Below, in pieces: positions 25,259 through 32,839 of a DNA stretch of 56,234 nt. The notes beneath the pieces were generated by a model. It was not told the DNA's origin. It saw nothing but the letters and a program-made list of their open reading frames with translations, and did not search any database. The stretch covers positions 1 through 56,234 of the forward strand of contig CAZKFI010000007.1 of the NCBI GenBank assembly GCA_964551975.1, given 5' to 3'. Within the stretch, counting starts at the first letter, position 1; each line of letters starts with the position of its first letter. Source of the stretch: an uncultured Bifidobacteriaceae bacterium (lineage in GTDB: Bacteria; Actinomycetota; Actinomycetes; S36-B12). The position numbers and the translations under genes were made by a program.

Positions 25259-25777
25259 ATGTCAGAACCAACATTGCGCGTTACCGCGGTCTGCCTCGGC
25301 AACATCTGTCGCTCGCCTATAGCCGAGGTCGTGCTGAGTGACCGGGTCGCACGAGCAGGGTTGGGTGCACGTATCCAGGTGGATTCCGCCGGGACCGGCG
25401 ACTGGCATGTCGGTGGTCGCGCCGACCACCGAACCATCGCCGTGCTCACGAGTCATGGTTACGACATTGACCATGTCCCACGCCAAATCACCCACTCCTG
25501 GATGGAGAACATCGATCTGCTCCTGGCCATGGATCACCGCAACTACCGGGATCTTGACGGACTCATCCGTGGTGGATCGACGCAGGTTCGCCCGACACTT
25601 CGCATGTTGCGATCCTTCGACCCACAATTACTGGAGATAGCAGAGCCGGACACCCGACTGGATGTTCCCGACCCCTACTACGGCGCTCCGGCTGATTTCG
25701 AAGACGTACTTGCCATGGTGGAACGGGCTGCCGATGGCGTGGTCACCTACCTCGAGCAACGCCTCAGTGGCGCATAG
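25259..25777 (+). CDS. ptpA: low-molecular-weight protein-tyrosine phosphatase
   Basis: P-loop 'VCLGNICRSP' (CX5R-S) and 'VPDPYYG' (Asp loop). ATG at 25259. Confidence 0.8.
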   Translation: MSEPTLRVTAVCLGNICRSPIAEVVLSDRVARAGLGARIQVDSAGTGDWHVGGRADHRTIAVLTSHGYDIDHVPRQITHSWMENIDLLLAMDHRNYRDLDGLIRGGSTQVRPTLRMLRSFDPQLLEIAEPDTRLDVPDPYYGAPADFEDVLAMVERAADGVVTYLEQRLSGA

Positions 25778-25848
25778 TCTGCTCGACATGGGGATCGCAT
25801 GAACGTGAGATTGCGTTGCTCGCGGCTCTTCTTTGCTATAAGTGCCGT

Positions 25849-26727
25849 ATGACTCGATCCGAACCGCAGGAGATCCCACGTTGGACACCGCTGGCGCGCC
25901 TCGTCGATGCCGAGCCCTTCCAACTCCTGATCAGCGGAGTGATCGTGCTGAACGCGATCGTGCTGGGCATGGAGACCTACCCGGCACTGCAAGCGTCCAT
26001 GGGATCGACGCTCGTACTGTTGAACGACGTCTTCTACGGGATTTTTCTGATCGAACTCGTGCTGCGCATCCTCTCCTACGGTCGCCGCCCATGGAACTTC
26101 TTCCGTTCCGGATGGAACGTCTTCGATCTCATCGTTATCGGCGGCGCGCTCATCCCGTACCTGCGTGCCGAAGCTCAGATTCTGCGACTCCTGCGCCTAG
26201 CCCGCGTCATTCGACTCGTACGCTTCCTGCCCGATGCACGTGTACTGATCAGCACCATGGGCAAAGCAATTCCGTCGGTTTTCTCGATGCTGGTCTTCAC
26301 CGTCCTCATCCTGTTTGTCTACGGAATCATCGGGTGGTCCATGTATGGCCAGGTACTTCCGGCACAGTGGGGAAACATCGGCCAGGCAATGCTTACCCTG
26401 TTCGTCCTGCTCACCCTGGAGAACTTCCCCACGTATCTCGAACAGGCACAGCCGTACAACTCCCTAACCCCACTGTTCTTCCTGTCGTTTGTGATCATCG
26501 CAGTCTTTGTCGTCATCAACCTTGTCATCGGCATCGTCATCAGCTCAATGGAAAAGGCACGCGAGGAAGAGGCTGCAAGCCACCGCGATCTTCACCGAAC
26601 GAGCGATGGTGACCCTGAGGCCGAACGGCTCGTACTCCTTGATCAAATCGCCGCTGTTCGTGAGCAACTTGACGCCATGGAAACCGGATTGAAAGCCTTG
26701 AAACCCGATCGGCGCCGTCCGTCATAG
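25849..26727 (+). CDS. single-domain voltage-gated cation channel (BacNav / NaChBac-like)
   Basis: Six TM segments. S4 'RLLRLARVIRLVRF' has Arg at every third position. The pore loop is 'LTLFVLLTLENFPTYL'. The C-terminal tail looks coiled-coil-like. ATG at 25849. Confidence 0.75.
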   Translation: MTRSEPQEIPRWTPLARLVDAEPFQLLISGVIVLNAIVLGMETYPALQASMGSTLVLLNDVFYGIFLIELVLRILSYGRRPWNFFRSGWNVFDLIVIGGALIPYLRAEAQILRLLRLARVIRLVRFLPDARVLISTMGKAIPSVFSMLVFTVLILFVYGIIGWSMYGQVLPAQWGNIGQAMLTLFVLLTLENFPTYLEQAQPYNSLTPLFFLSFVIIAVFVVINLVIGIVISSMEKAREEEAASHRDLHRTSDGDPEAERLVLLDQIAAVREQLDAMETGLKALKPDRRRPS

Positions 26728-26761
26728 GCCTAAGGGAACGGCGCACGCACGAGTTAACCGA

Positions 26762-27121
26762 CTAGGTGACCGCAGGGCCATAGGCGTTCTCGGCGTCACT
26801 TCCCCGCTGAACCCAGAAGAAGATCAGGATCACCGTCCCGATACACAGGATGATGAGCAGGAGTTGCAACCATCCCGTTCGCCCGCAGTCATGGAGGCGA
26901 CGGCAACCCACAGCCAAATGCGGCAGCAGTGTGATCAAGGTCCAGATGAGCACAAGCCAGCCGACCTGTTGGTGCTGCCAGATCAGACGCTCAACAAGGT
27001 TCAACCCCGCAGCGACGATCAGTACAAATAGCGTGAACCACCAGAATTCCGGTCGACCGGCGCGACCAGAGAACGTGGCGTAACTCCGAAAGCACGAAGC
27101 AACCGAACCGCTGAAGGACAT
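26762..27121 (-). CDS. DUF805-family inner membrane protein
   Basis: 'FSGRAGRPEFWWF', 'VGCRRLHDCGRTGW' and 'GSDAENAYGP' are typical DUF805 (YhaH-like) signatures. ATG at 27121 is preceded by GGAGGAA, so the track start at 27307 was rejected. Confidence 0.75.
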   Translation of the reverse strand: MSFSGSVASCFRSYATFSGRAGRPEFWWFTLFVLIVAAGLNLVERLIWQHQQVGWLVLIWTLITLLPHLAVGCRRLHDCGRTGWLQLLLIILCIGTVILIFFWVQRGSDAENAYGPAVT

Positions 27122-27452
27122 ATTTCCTCCCCTGGAGTGGCCCTTGACTAGGTGGTCGAACGGGCCCGCGGATAGATCCGCAACATCATCTTCCCCTCCC
27201 ACGTGGATCTCGCGGGAGAAAACTGCGGGAGAGATTCGAAATTGTTCCGCTTCAGCTCTAGGGCGGACGTGGACATGGCTGGCGATTTCCGACCATCCTT
27301 GCCACATCTGTTGATGGCCGTAACCAGGCAGATGCCGCTCAATTCACGCCAAATCCGCTGTTAGCAGGCAGTCCGGCGGCAGCACTCAGTAGCATCGCGG
27401 CTGGAGGAACGTTCGCGCAAAAGGGCGTGGACATATCGAGATAGGACGTGAC

Positions 27453-27746
27453 ATGAGCACTCCCGCTACACCTGCATCCTCAGGGGGCGCCGCCCCCCAG
27501 AACGGCATGGGCACCGCAGCGCTAGTCCTGGGCATCCTGGGCATCCTGGGCTGCTTCCCGCTGCTGTTCCCGATCCTGGCCATCGTGTTCGGCAAGATGG
27601 GCATGGGGCGCGCCGAGCAGGGGCTGGCAACCAATGGTGGAGCCGCAAAGGCCGGCTTCTGGCTGGGCATTGTTGGCCTGATCCTCTGGATCTTGCTCTT
27701 CATCATCGCGCTGACCACCGGCTTGGTGGGTGGCAGCACCAGCTGA
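27453..27746 (+). CDS. DUF4190-family small membrane protein
   Basis: 97 aa with two TM hairpin segments: 'GTAALVLGILGILGCFPLLFPILAIVFG' and 'AKAGFWLGIVGLILWILLFII'. Confidence 0.7.
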   Translation: MSTPATPASSGGAAPQNGMGTAALVLGILGILGCFPLLFPILAIVFGKMGMGRAEQGLATNGGAAKAGFWLGIVGLILWILLFIIALTTGLVGGSTS

Positions 27747-27762
27747 CACATCCCGCAGGTTC

Positions 27763-27800
27763 ACTGATGCCGCAGGAGTCCGTACTCCTGCGGCATCAGT
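27763..27800 (+). terminator. intrinsic terminator, possibly bidirectional
   Basis: Perfect 17-bp stem ACTGATGCCGCAGGAGT / ACTCCTGCGGCATCAGT with loop CCGT, followed by CGTTTACGCTCTTT. It sits between convergent genes. Confidence 0.8.
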
Positions 27801-27831
27801 CGTTTACGCTCTTTGACTGAATTCCGCTCCG

Positions 27832-29001
27832 TCAAGAACCACCGACTTTTACCGACCGAGATGCCGAAAGACGACCGGCGATGAGCGGGAAGATCAACAC
27901 GGACAAGACTCCAGCACCGACCAGTGCCGCAGCATTGGCGGGGATCATGGCTCCGGCCTGTACCTCGACGGTGGTGATTGCCACCAACAGCGGCAGTGTC
28001 GTCGAGGCGTAGAGCGCGATTCTGGATCGATCGCGCACGCTCGGCAGTACGGTGCGGAAGATCAGGAATTGCGGTACTCCTCGAACGATGAGCAGCAACA
28101 CCAGGAATGTCACGACGCGAAGTGGCTGGTCGATGATCGAGTGCACATCCAGTCGGGCACCCGAAACGACGAAGAAGATCGGGATGAAGAAACCGAACGC
28201 CAGACTCTCGACGCGCAATATCAGTGGCTGCTCCTGCCCTTCCTGGACGAACCTCCCGACGATTAATCCGGCTGCAAATGCGCCGAGCACAAGATCTAAA
28301 CCCAGGCCTGACGCGACAGTGAGCAGTGAGATGACCAGCAGGATGGCCAGGCGCACGCCAACCTGCGAGGTGCGCTGGTAGCCCTCGTCGATAAGGCGTA
28401 CCACCCGTGAGCGGCCCGCGTAGCGAGGCACCACGGACACACCGAGCACGATGAGACCGAAGAACGCCAGCGAGGCAACCCCCGCCACGATCGACTTACT
28501 TCCGAGCAGGATCGCGATGCCCAGGATTGGGCCAAGCTCACCCCACGCACCCACCGCCATAAAGATGCGGCCGAAAGGGAGATTGAGTTCGCCGGAGTCT
28601 CGAAGGAGGGGCAGCAGCGTGCCGAGGGCGGTCGTCGTCAGGGCGAGCCCCACACCGAGTGCATCCACGACCACCCCGCTGAGGGCGAGGGTCGAGACGA
28701 TGAGGCCGGCAAGGGCCGCGCTGGTCAACCAGCCGACCGCCGCTCGACGACCCACGCTGCCACGCAGCACCTGGTGGTCGATGTGCATGCCTGCGAGGAA
28801 GAAGAGCAGGCCCAAGCCCAACTCGGACAGCAAATTGATGCCTTCAGTGATGCGGAGCCAGCCAAGGAGCGCGGGCCCCACCAGGACTCCACCAACGAGC
28901 AGCAGCACCACCTCACCGATGGGCAGGCGTAGCAGTCCCACCAGTAAGGGGACAGCTACGGCCAAGCACATCAGGACCGTGAGTGAAACCAGGTCCTCCA
29001 T
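27832..29001 (-). CDS. cation:proton antiporter (CPA1/CPA2, Na+/H+ exchanger family)
   Basis: 389 aa with about 11-12 TM segments and a Gly/Leu-rich pattern typical of Kef/NhaP-like exchangers. It starts 14 nt downstream of the rplI stop on the same strand. Confidence 0.7.
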   Translation of the reverse strand: MEDLVSLTVLMCLAVAVPLLVGLLRLPIGEVVLLLVGGVLVGPALLGWLRITEGINLLSELGLGLLFFLAGMHIDHQVLRGSVGRRAAVGWLTSAALAGLIVSTLALSGVVVDALGVGLALTTTALGTLLPLLRDSGELNLPFGRIFMAVGAWGELGPILGIAILLGSKSIVAGVASLAFFGLIVLGVSVVPRYAGRSRVVRLIDEGYQRTSQVGVRLAILLVISLLTVASGLGLDLVLGAFAAGLIVGRFVQEGQEQPLILRVESLAFGFFIPIFFVVSGARLDVHSIIDQPLRVVTFLVLLLIVRGVPQFLIFRTVLPSVRDRSRIALYASTTLPLLVAITTVEVQAGAMIPANAAALVGAGVLSVLIFPLIAGRLSASRSVKVGGS

Positions 29002-29015
29002 AAATGCGCTACTGA

Positions 29016-29462
29016 CTACTCCGCGTTGACGGCGAACGTGATGGTGGCTACCACCTCAGGGTGGATCCGAATCTTGGCGTGATGCTTACCCACCGACTTC
29101 ACCGCTTCGGCCAACTCAATGGAGCGCCGCTCCACTAGGGGTCCGCCGGCGCTGCGAATTGCCGTCGCGAGGTCTGCAGTGGTCACTGAGCCGAAGAGTC
29201 GTCCACCGTCCCCAGCCTTCGCCCGCACCTCGATCGCCAGGCCCTGCAGTTCATCACGTACCTGTTGGGCATGGCCAAGGTCACGGATCTCGCGCACCTT
29301 GCGTGCTCGCTTGATCTGGGTGACCTGCTTTTCGCCGCCGCGCGTCCACACGATCGCCATGCCGCGTGGCACAAGGAAGTTTCGGCCATAGCCGTCCTTG
29401 ACCACGACAACGTCGCCTGGGGCGCCCAGTCCGCCGACTTCCTGAGTGAGAATGAGTTTCAT
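29016..29462 (-). CDS. rplI: 50S ribosomal protein L9
   Basis: 'MKLILTQEV..LG..GDVV.VKDGY.RNFL.P.G.A' is the canonical L9 N-terminus. Confidence 0.95.
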   Translation of the reverse strand: MKLILTQEVGGLGAPGDVVVVKDGYGRNFLVPRGMAIVWTRGGEKQVTQIKRARKVREIRDLGHAQQVRDELQGLAIEVRAKAGDGGRLFGSVTTADLATAIRSAGGPLVERRSIELAEAVKSVGKHHAKIRIHPEVVATITFAVNAE

Positions 29463-29473
29463 CGCTGCGCCTC

Positions 29474-29770
29474 CTAACGCGCCGTCGAGCTGTAGGGCAG
29501 CAACGCCACTTCGCGGGCGTTTTTCACTGCCATAGCCACGTCGCGCTGATGCTGCGTGCAGTTACCGGTCACTCGTCGAGCACGGATCTTGCCGCGATCG
29601 GAGATGAACTTGCGGAGCAGGTTCACGTCCTTGTAGTCGATACCCCGATGGTCGATACCGGCTTCCTTCGCCTTGGCGGCCTCGCGACAGAACGGACATG
29701 CCTTCTTCTTGGGCATCTTCTCGTTCCGTGCCGCGGCGCGCTTACTGTCTCTGTCTCTATCCCGTCCCAT
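29474..29770 (-). CDS. rpsR: 30S ribosomal protein S18
   Basis: '[50 protein letters not shown]'. ATG at 29770 has GGAG 9 nt upstream. An alternative ATG at 29716 would remove the RD-rich N-terminal extension. Confidence 0.9.
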   Translation of the reverse strand: MGRDRDRDSKRAAARNEKMPKKKACPFCREAAKAKEAGIDHRGIDYKDVNLLRKFISDRGKIRARRVTGNCTQHQRDVAMAVKNAREVALLPYSSTAR

Positions 29771-29804
29771 AGGTCTTTCTCCTGATCCTTCTCACACGTT
29801 CGAG

Positions 29805-29867
29805 GTCTGTGTTCTGTTCGTTCTGTGGGCTCTGTCGGCTCTGTCGGCTCTGTCGGCTCTATCGGCG
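29805..29867. repeat. 7 x 9-nt tandem repeat in the ssb-rpsR spacer (plus CTGTCGGCT, mRNA sense AGCCGACAG)
   Basis: Three perfect copies (29832-29858) are flanked by degenerate copies. The GACAGA motif continues into the first codons of rpsR. Confidence 0.9.
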
Positions 29868-29889
29868 GTACTGGATCTCGTGCTGTCGC

Positions 29890-30354
29890 TTAGAAGGGTG
29901 GTTCGTCGAACGAACCGCCTGCGGGGCCACTGTTGGCCCACGGGTCATCGCCGCCGGCAGGGCCTTCACCCATGCCTCCCGCTTGACGCTGCACTCGGTT
30001 CACTTTGGCTGTCGCATAACGCAACGCTGGACCGACGTCGTCGACTTCCATTTCAACGACGGTGCGCTTCTCTCCCTCGCGCGTCTCGTAGCTGCGCTGC
30101 TTCAAGCGCCCCTGGACGATCACTCGCGTTCCCTTTTGGAGTGATTCAGCGACGTTCTCGGCGTACTGGCGCCACACACTGCAGCGCATGTAGACCGGCT
30201 CGCTGTCCTTCCACTCGTTCGTGGCCTTATCAAGGTAACGAGAGCTCGAAGCGACCGTGAACGATGCGACTGCGGCGCCGCTCGGGGTGAAGCGCAACTC
30301 CGGATCGTTGGTGAGATTGCCAACGACCGTCACCACGATGTCCCCAGCAGCCAC
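29890..30354 (-). CDS. ssb: single-stranded DNA-binding protein
   Basis: OB-fold N-terminus '[29 protein letters not shown]', a Gly-rich tail and an acidic tip 'FDEPPF'. The GTG start overlaps the rpsF stop by 1 nt. Confidence 0.95.
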   Translation of the reverse strand: MAAGDIVVTVVGNLTNDPELRFTPSGAAVASFTVASSSRYLDKATNEWKDSEPVYMRCSVWRQYAENVAESLQKGTRVIVQGRLKQRSYETREGEKRTVVEMEVDDVGPALRYATAKVNRVQRQAGGMGEGPAGGDDPWANSGPAGGSFDEPPF

Positions 30355-30647
30355 TATCGGCTCCCCTCCGGACGGGTGACCTTGGTGCGCATCACCGCTT
30401 CGTTGAGGTTCAACTGGCGATCGAGTTCCTTCACCGAGTCCACCGTTGCGGTGAGGTCGAGCACCGCGTAGATGCCCTCCGACCGGTGGTTGATCTCGTA
30501 GGCAAGGCGGCGCTTACCCCAGATATCGACTTTGTTGACTGAGCCCCCGTCGGACTTGATCACGTTCAGGAACGTGTCCAGACTCGGGGCAATGGTGCGA
30601 TCCTCAAGATCGGGATCGAGGATCACCATGACTTCGTAGCGACGCAT
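30354..30647 (-). CDS. rpsF: 30S ribosomal protein S6
   Basis: '[17 protein letters not shown]...' is the canonical S6 N-terminus. I prefer ATG 30647 over the track TTG at 30653. AAGGAGG lies upstream. Confidence 0.9.
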   Translation of the reverse strand: MRRYEVMVILDPDLEDRTIAPSLDTFLNVIKSDGGSVNKVDIWGKRRLAYEINHRSEGIYAVLDLTATVDSVKELDRQLNLNEAVMRTKVTRPEGSR

Positions 30648-30832
30648 GAGCAACCCACCTCCTTCGGACTCAGGCGGCCACGGTCATTCCGTGGCAGGAG
30701 GTTGTAACGCGTGCCAATAGGCCCGGTAAGGCTACCTGACCTGCGGCAGATGATGAAATCTGAGTCCAGCAGGCTGCGCCGTGGGCGTGCTGCTCGGGAA
30801 ATTGGGTGATCCCGCCTGCGTAGCATGGCCGG

Positions 30833-31624
30833 GTGCGGGTGGTCACCTGGAATATCAATTCGGTTACAGCCCGGATGGACAGGCTCAGTGCCTGGATCGA
30901 GCAGGCCCAGCCTGACGTCTTGGCCCTGCAGGAACTGAAGTGCACTGAGCAGGCATTCCCCGCAGCGCTGACCGACCTCGGCTACGAGGCTGTCGTCCAT
31001 GCGACCGGACGCTGGAACGGGGTCGCGCTCCTGAGTCGGATTGGCCTTGCGGAGCCGACGATTGGTCTGCCGGGTCAGCCCGAATTCGATGGAGCGGTCG
31101 AGCCGCGGGCCGTGGGAGCCACCTGCGGGGGTGCCCGGGTCTGGAGCGTCTACGTGCCCAATGGTCGCGAACCCGATCACGACCATTACACATATAAATT
31201 GGCGTGGCTGGACTGCCTAACACAGCTGTGCTCTGCAGAACTCGCTGCTGCACCCGACCGACCCTTCGCGGTAATCGGTGACTTCAATATCGCCCCGGCA
31301 GACAGTGACGTCTGGGATATCAGTCTGTTCGCCGAATCCACCCACGTGACCCCAGCTGAACGCTCTCGGTTGCAAGCCCTGTTGGATCTGGGCCTACGCG
31401 ACCTCCAGCCACGCAGCCTCAAAGGTGACCCCTTCACGTTCTGGGACTACCGCAATGGTGCGTTTCACCGGGGCTGGGGCATGCGCATCGACCTGATCCT
31501 GGCCAATGCTGCCTTCGCCGCTCAGGTCACTGACTGCTACATCGATCGAGAGGCACGCAAGGGCAAGGGAGCATCCGACCATGCTCCAGTTGTCGTCGAC
31601 CTCTCTTTCGCGGGTACTGCATGA
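30833..31624 (+). CDS. xthA: exodeoxyribonuclease III (AP endonuclease)
   Basis: 'VVTWNINS', 'DVLALQELK', 'GDFNIAP', 'WDYR' and 'SDHAPVVVDL' are EEP-family catalytic motifs. GTG start. Confidence 0.9.
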   Translation: MRVVTWNINSVTARMDRLSAWIEQAQPDVLALQELKCTEQAFPAALTDLGYEAVVHATGRWNGVALLSRIGLAEPTIGLPGQPEFDGAVEPRAVGATCGGARVWSVYVPNGREPDHDHYTYKLAWLDCLTQLCSAELAAAPDRPFAVIGDFNIAPADSDVWDISLFAESTHVTPAERSRLQALLDLGLRDLQPRSLKGDPFTFWDYRNGAFHRGWGMRIDLILANAAFAAQVTDCYIDREARKGKGASDHAPVVVDLSFAGTA

Positions 31625-32787
31625 CGGTGCAGGTGCGCCAGATCAGCACCGAGGAGCACCTGGCCTGGATTGCCACCCAGCCCTGGGTTTCGTTTTTGCA
31701 GCTCCCACACTGGGCGGCCCTGAAGCCCGGTTGGCGCCACGAGTCACTGGGCTGGTTCTGCGATGGCCGGCTCATCGGTGCCGGCCTGGTGCGCTACCGA
31801 CCCGTGCCGCGCTACCCACGACGATCCCTTGCCTACCTCCCCGAGGGACCGTGCCTGCCGTGGGAGCAACCTGACCTGAGCACCTCAGAACTCCTTGAAC
31901 CGCTGATCCAGCACTGCGCGGGACGTGGTGCCTTTCTGGTGAAGATCGGACCTTCGGTTGCCATGCGGCGCTGGGAAGCACACACAATCAAGGAGGGTCT
32001 AAAGGCGGCCAGTGACCACGCCAGTAGCCACAACCTGGGTCCACTGCGACGCTTAACCGACCTACCCTGCGACTGGAGTTCGCCGACCGCACCCACCATC
32101 GCTGATGCACTTCGTGCAGGTGGCTGGCGCACCGACGGATCCGGTGCACGGTTTGGTGACTACCAACCGCGCCTGGTCTTCCAGGTACCACTGCAAGAAC
32201 GCAGCCTCGACGAGATCTTTGCCGGGTTCAATCAACAGTGGCGTCGCAATGTCCGCAGAGCAGAGCAGTCGGGTGTCACGGTCAGTTGGGGAACCCAGCA
32301 GGATCTGCCCGAATTTCACCGCATCTACTGCGAGACCGCGCAGCGTGACGGGTTCACACCGCGCGGTCTGACGTACTTCGAATCCATGTGGCGCAGCCTC
32401 AACCAGATGCCCGATGAGCAAGCCCTTGCGGCGTTACGCCTTGCGTGTGCGCAGGTGTCCGGACATCTGGGGGCAGCAGCGCTGGCGATCCGTGTGGGTC
32501 AACGCGTCTGGTACTCCTACGGCGCATCCACCACCGCGGATCGCGAGGCGCGTCCTTCCAATGCCGTGCAATGGGCCCTTATGCAGCAGGCCCATGCCGA
32601 GCATGCAGATATCTACGACATGCGCGGCATTGTCGACACGGTAGATCCACGCCATCAGCAGGTTGGCCTCATTCAGTTCAAGGTGGGCACTGGGGGCTAC
32701 GCCCAGGAGAGTCTCGGCGAGTGGGACTTCGTCATTCGACCCAACTGGGCACGCGCCTTTCGCCTGTACGAATCTCGCGGATCATGA
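31621..32787 (+). CDS. femX: FemAB/FemX-family peptidoglycan aminoacyltransferase (lipid II branch formation)
   Basis: 388 aa with a 'FLQLPHWAALKPGW' N-terminus and 'WRRNVRRAEQSGV', typical of FemABX proteins. Its position next to rpsF matches recalled S. coelicolor femX. The ATG overlaps the xthA stop (ATGA). Confidence 0.65.
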   Translation: MTVQVRQISTEEHLAWIATQPWVSFLQLPHWAALKPGWRHESLGWFCDGRLIGAGLVRYRPVPRYPRRSLAYLPEGPCLPWEQPDLSTSELLEPLIQHCAGRGAFLVKIGPSVAMRRWEAHTIKEGLKAASDHASSHNLGPLRRLTDLPCDWSSPTAPTIADALRAGGWRTDGSGARFGDYQPRLVFQVPLQERSLDEIFAGFNQQWRRNVRRAEQSGVTVSWGTQQDLPEFHRIYCETAQRDGFTPRGLTYFESMWRSLNQMPDEQALAALRLACAQVSGHLGAAALAIRVGQRVWYSYGASTTADREARPSNAVQWALMQQAHAEHADIYDMRGIVDTVDPRHQQVGLIQFKVGTGGYAQESLGEWDFVIRPNWARAFRLYESRGS

Positions 32788-32839
32788 ACTCAAACTCCTC
32801 AGCCAGCACCGAGGCGATGACAATGAGCCAGGAGGCGCG

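Noticed and set aside
25842-26612. 256-aa alternative-frame ORF overlapping the voltage-gated channel gene on the same strand
   Set aside because: The translation is Arg/Pro-rich with no TM segments or motifs. The +1 neighbour frame encodes a complete, canonical six-TM channel.
29716-29770. Shorter rpsR beginning at ATG 29716 (MPKKKA...)
   Set aside because: I kept it only as an alternative. The upstream ATG 29770 has the better SD (GGAG at 9 nt), while 29716 has only a weak GAGAAG. The question stays open and is discussed in the findings.
29795-29815. SOS (LexA) box near ssb/rpsR because of a GTTCGA-containing segment
   Set aside because: Only one half-site-like hexamer is present. There is no TCGAAC-N4-GTTCGA palindrome.
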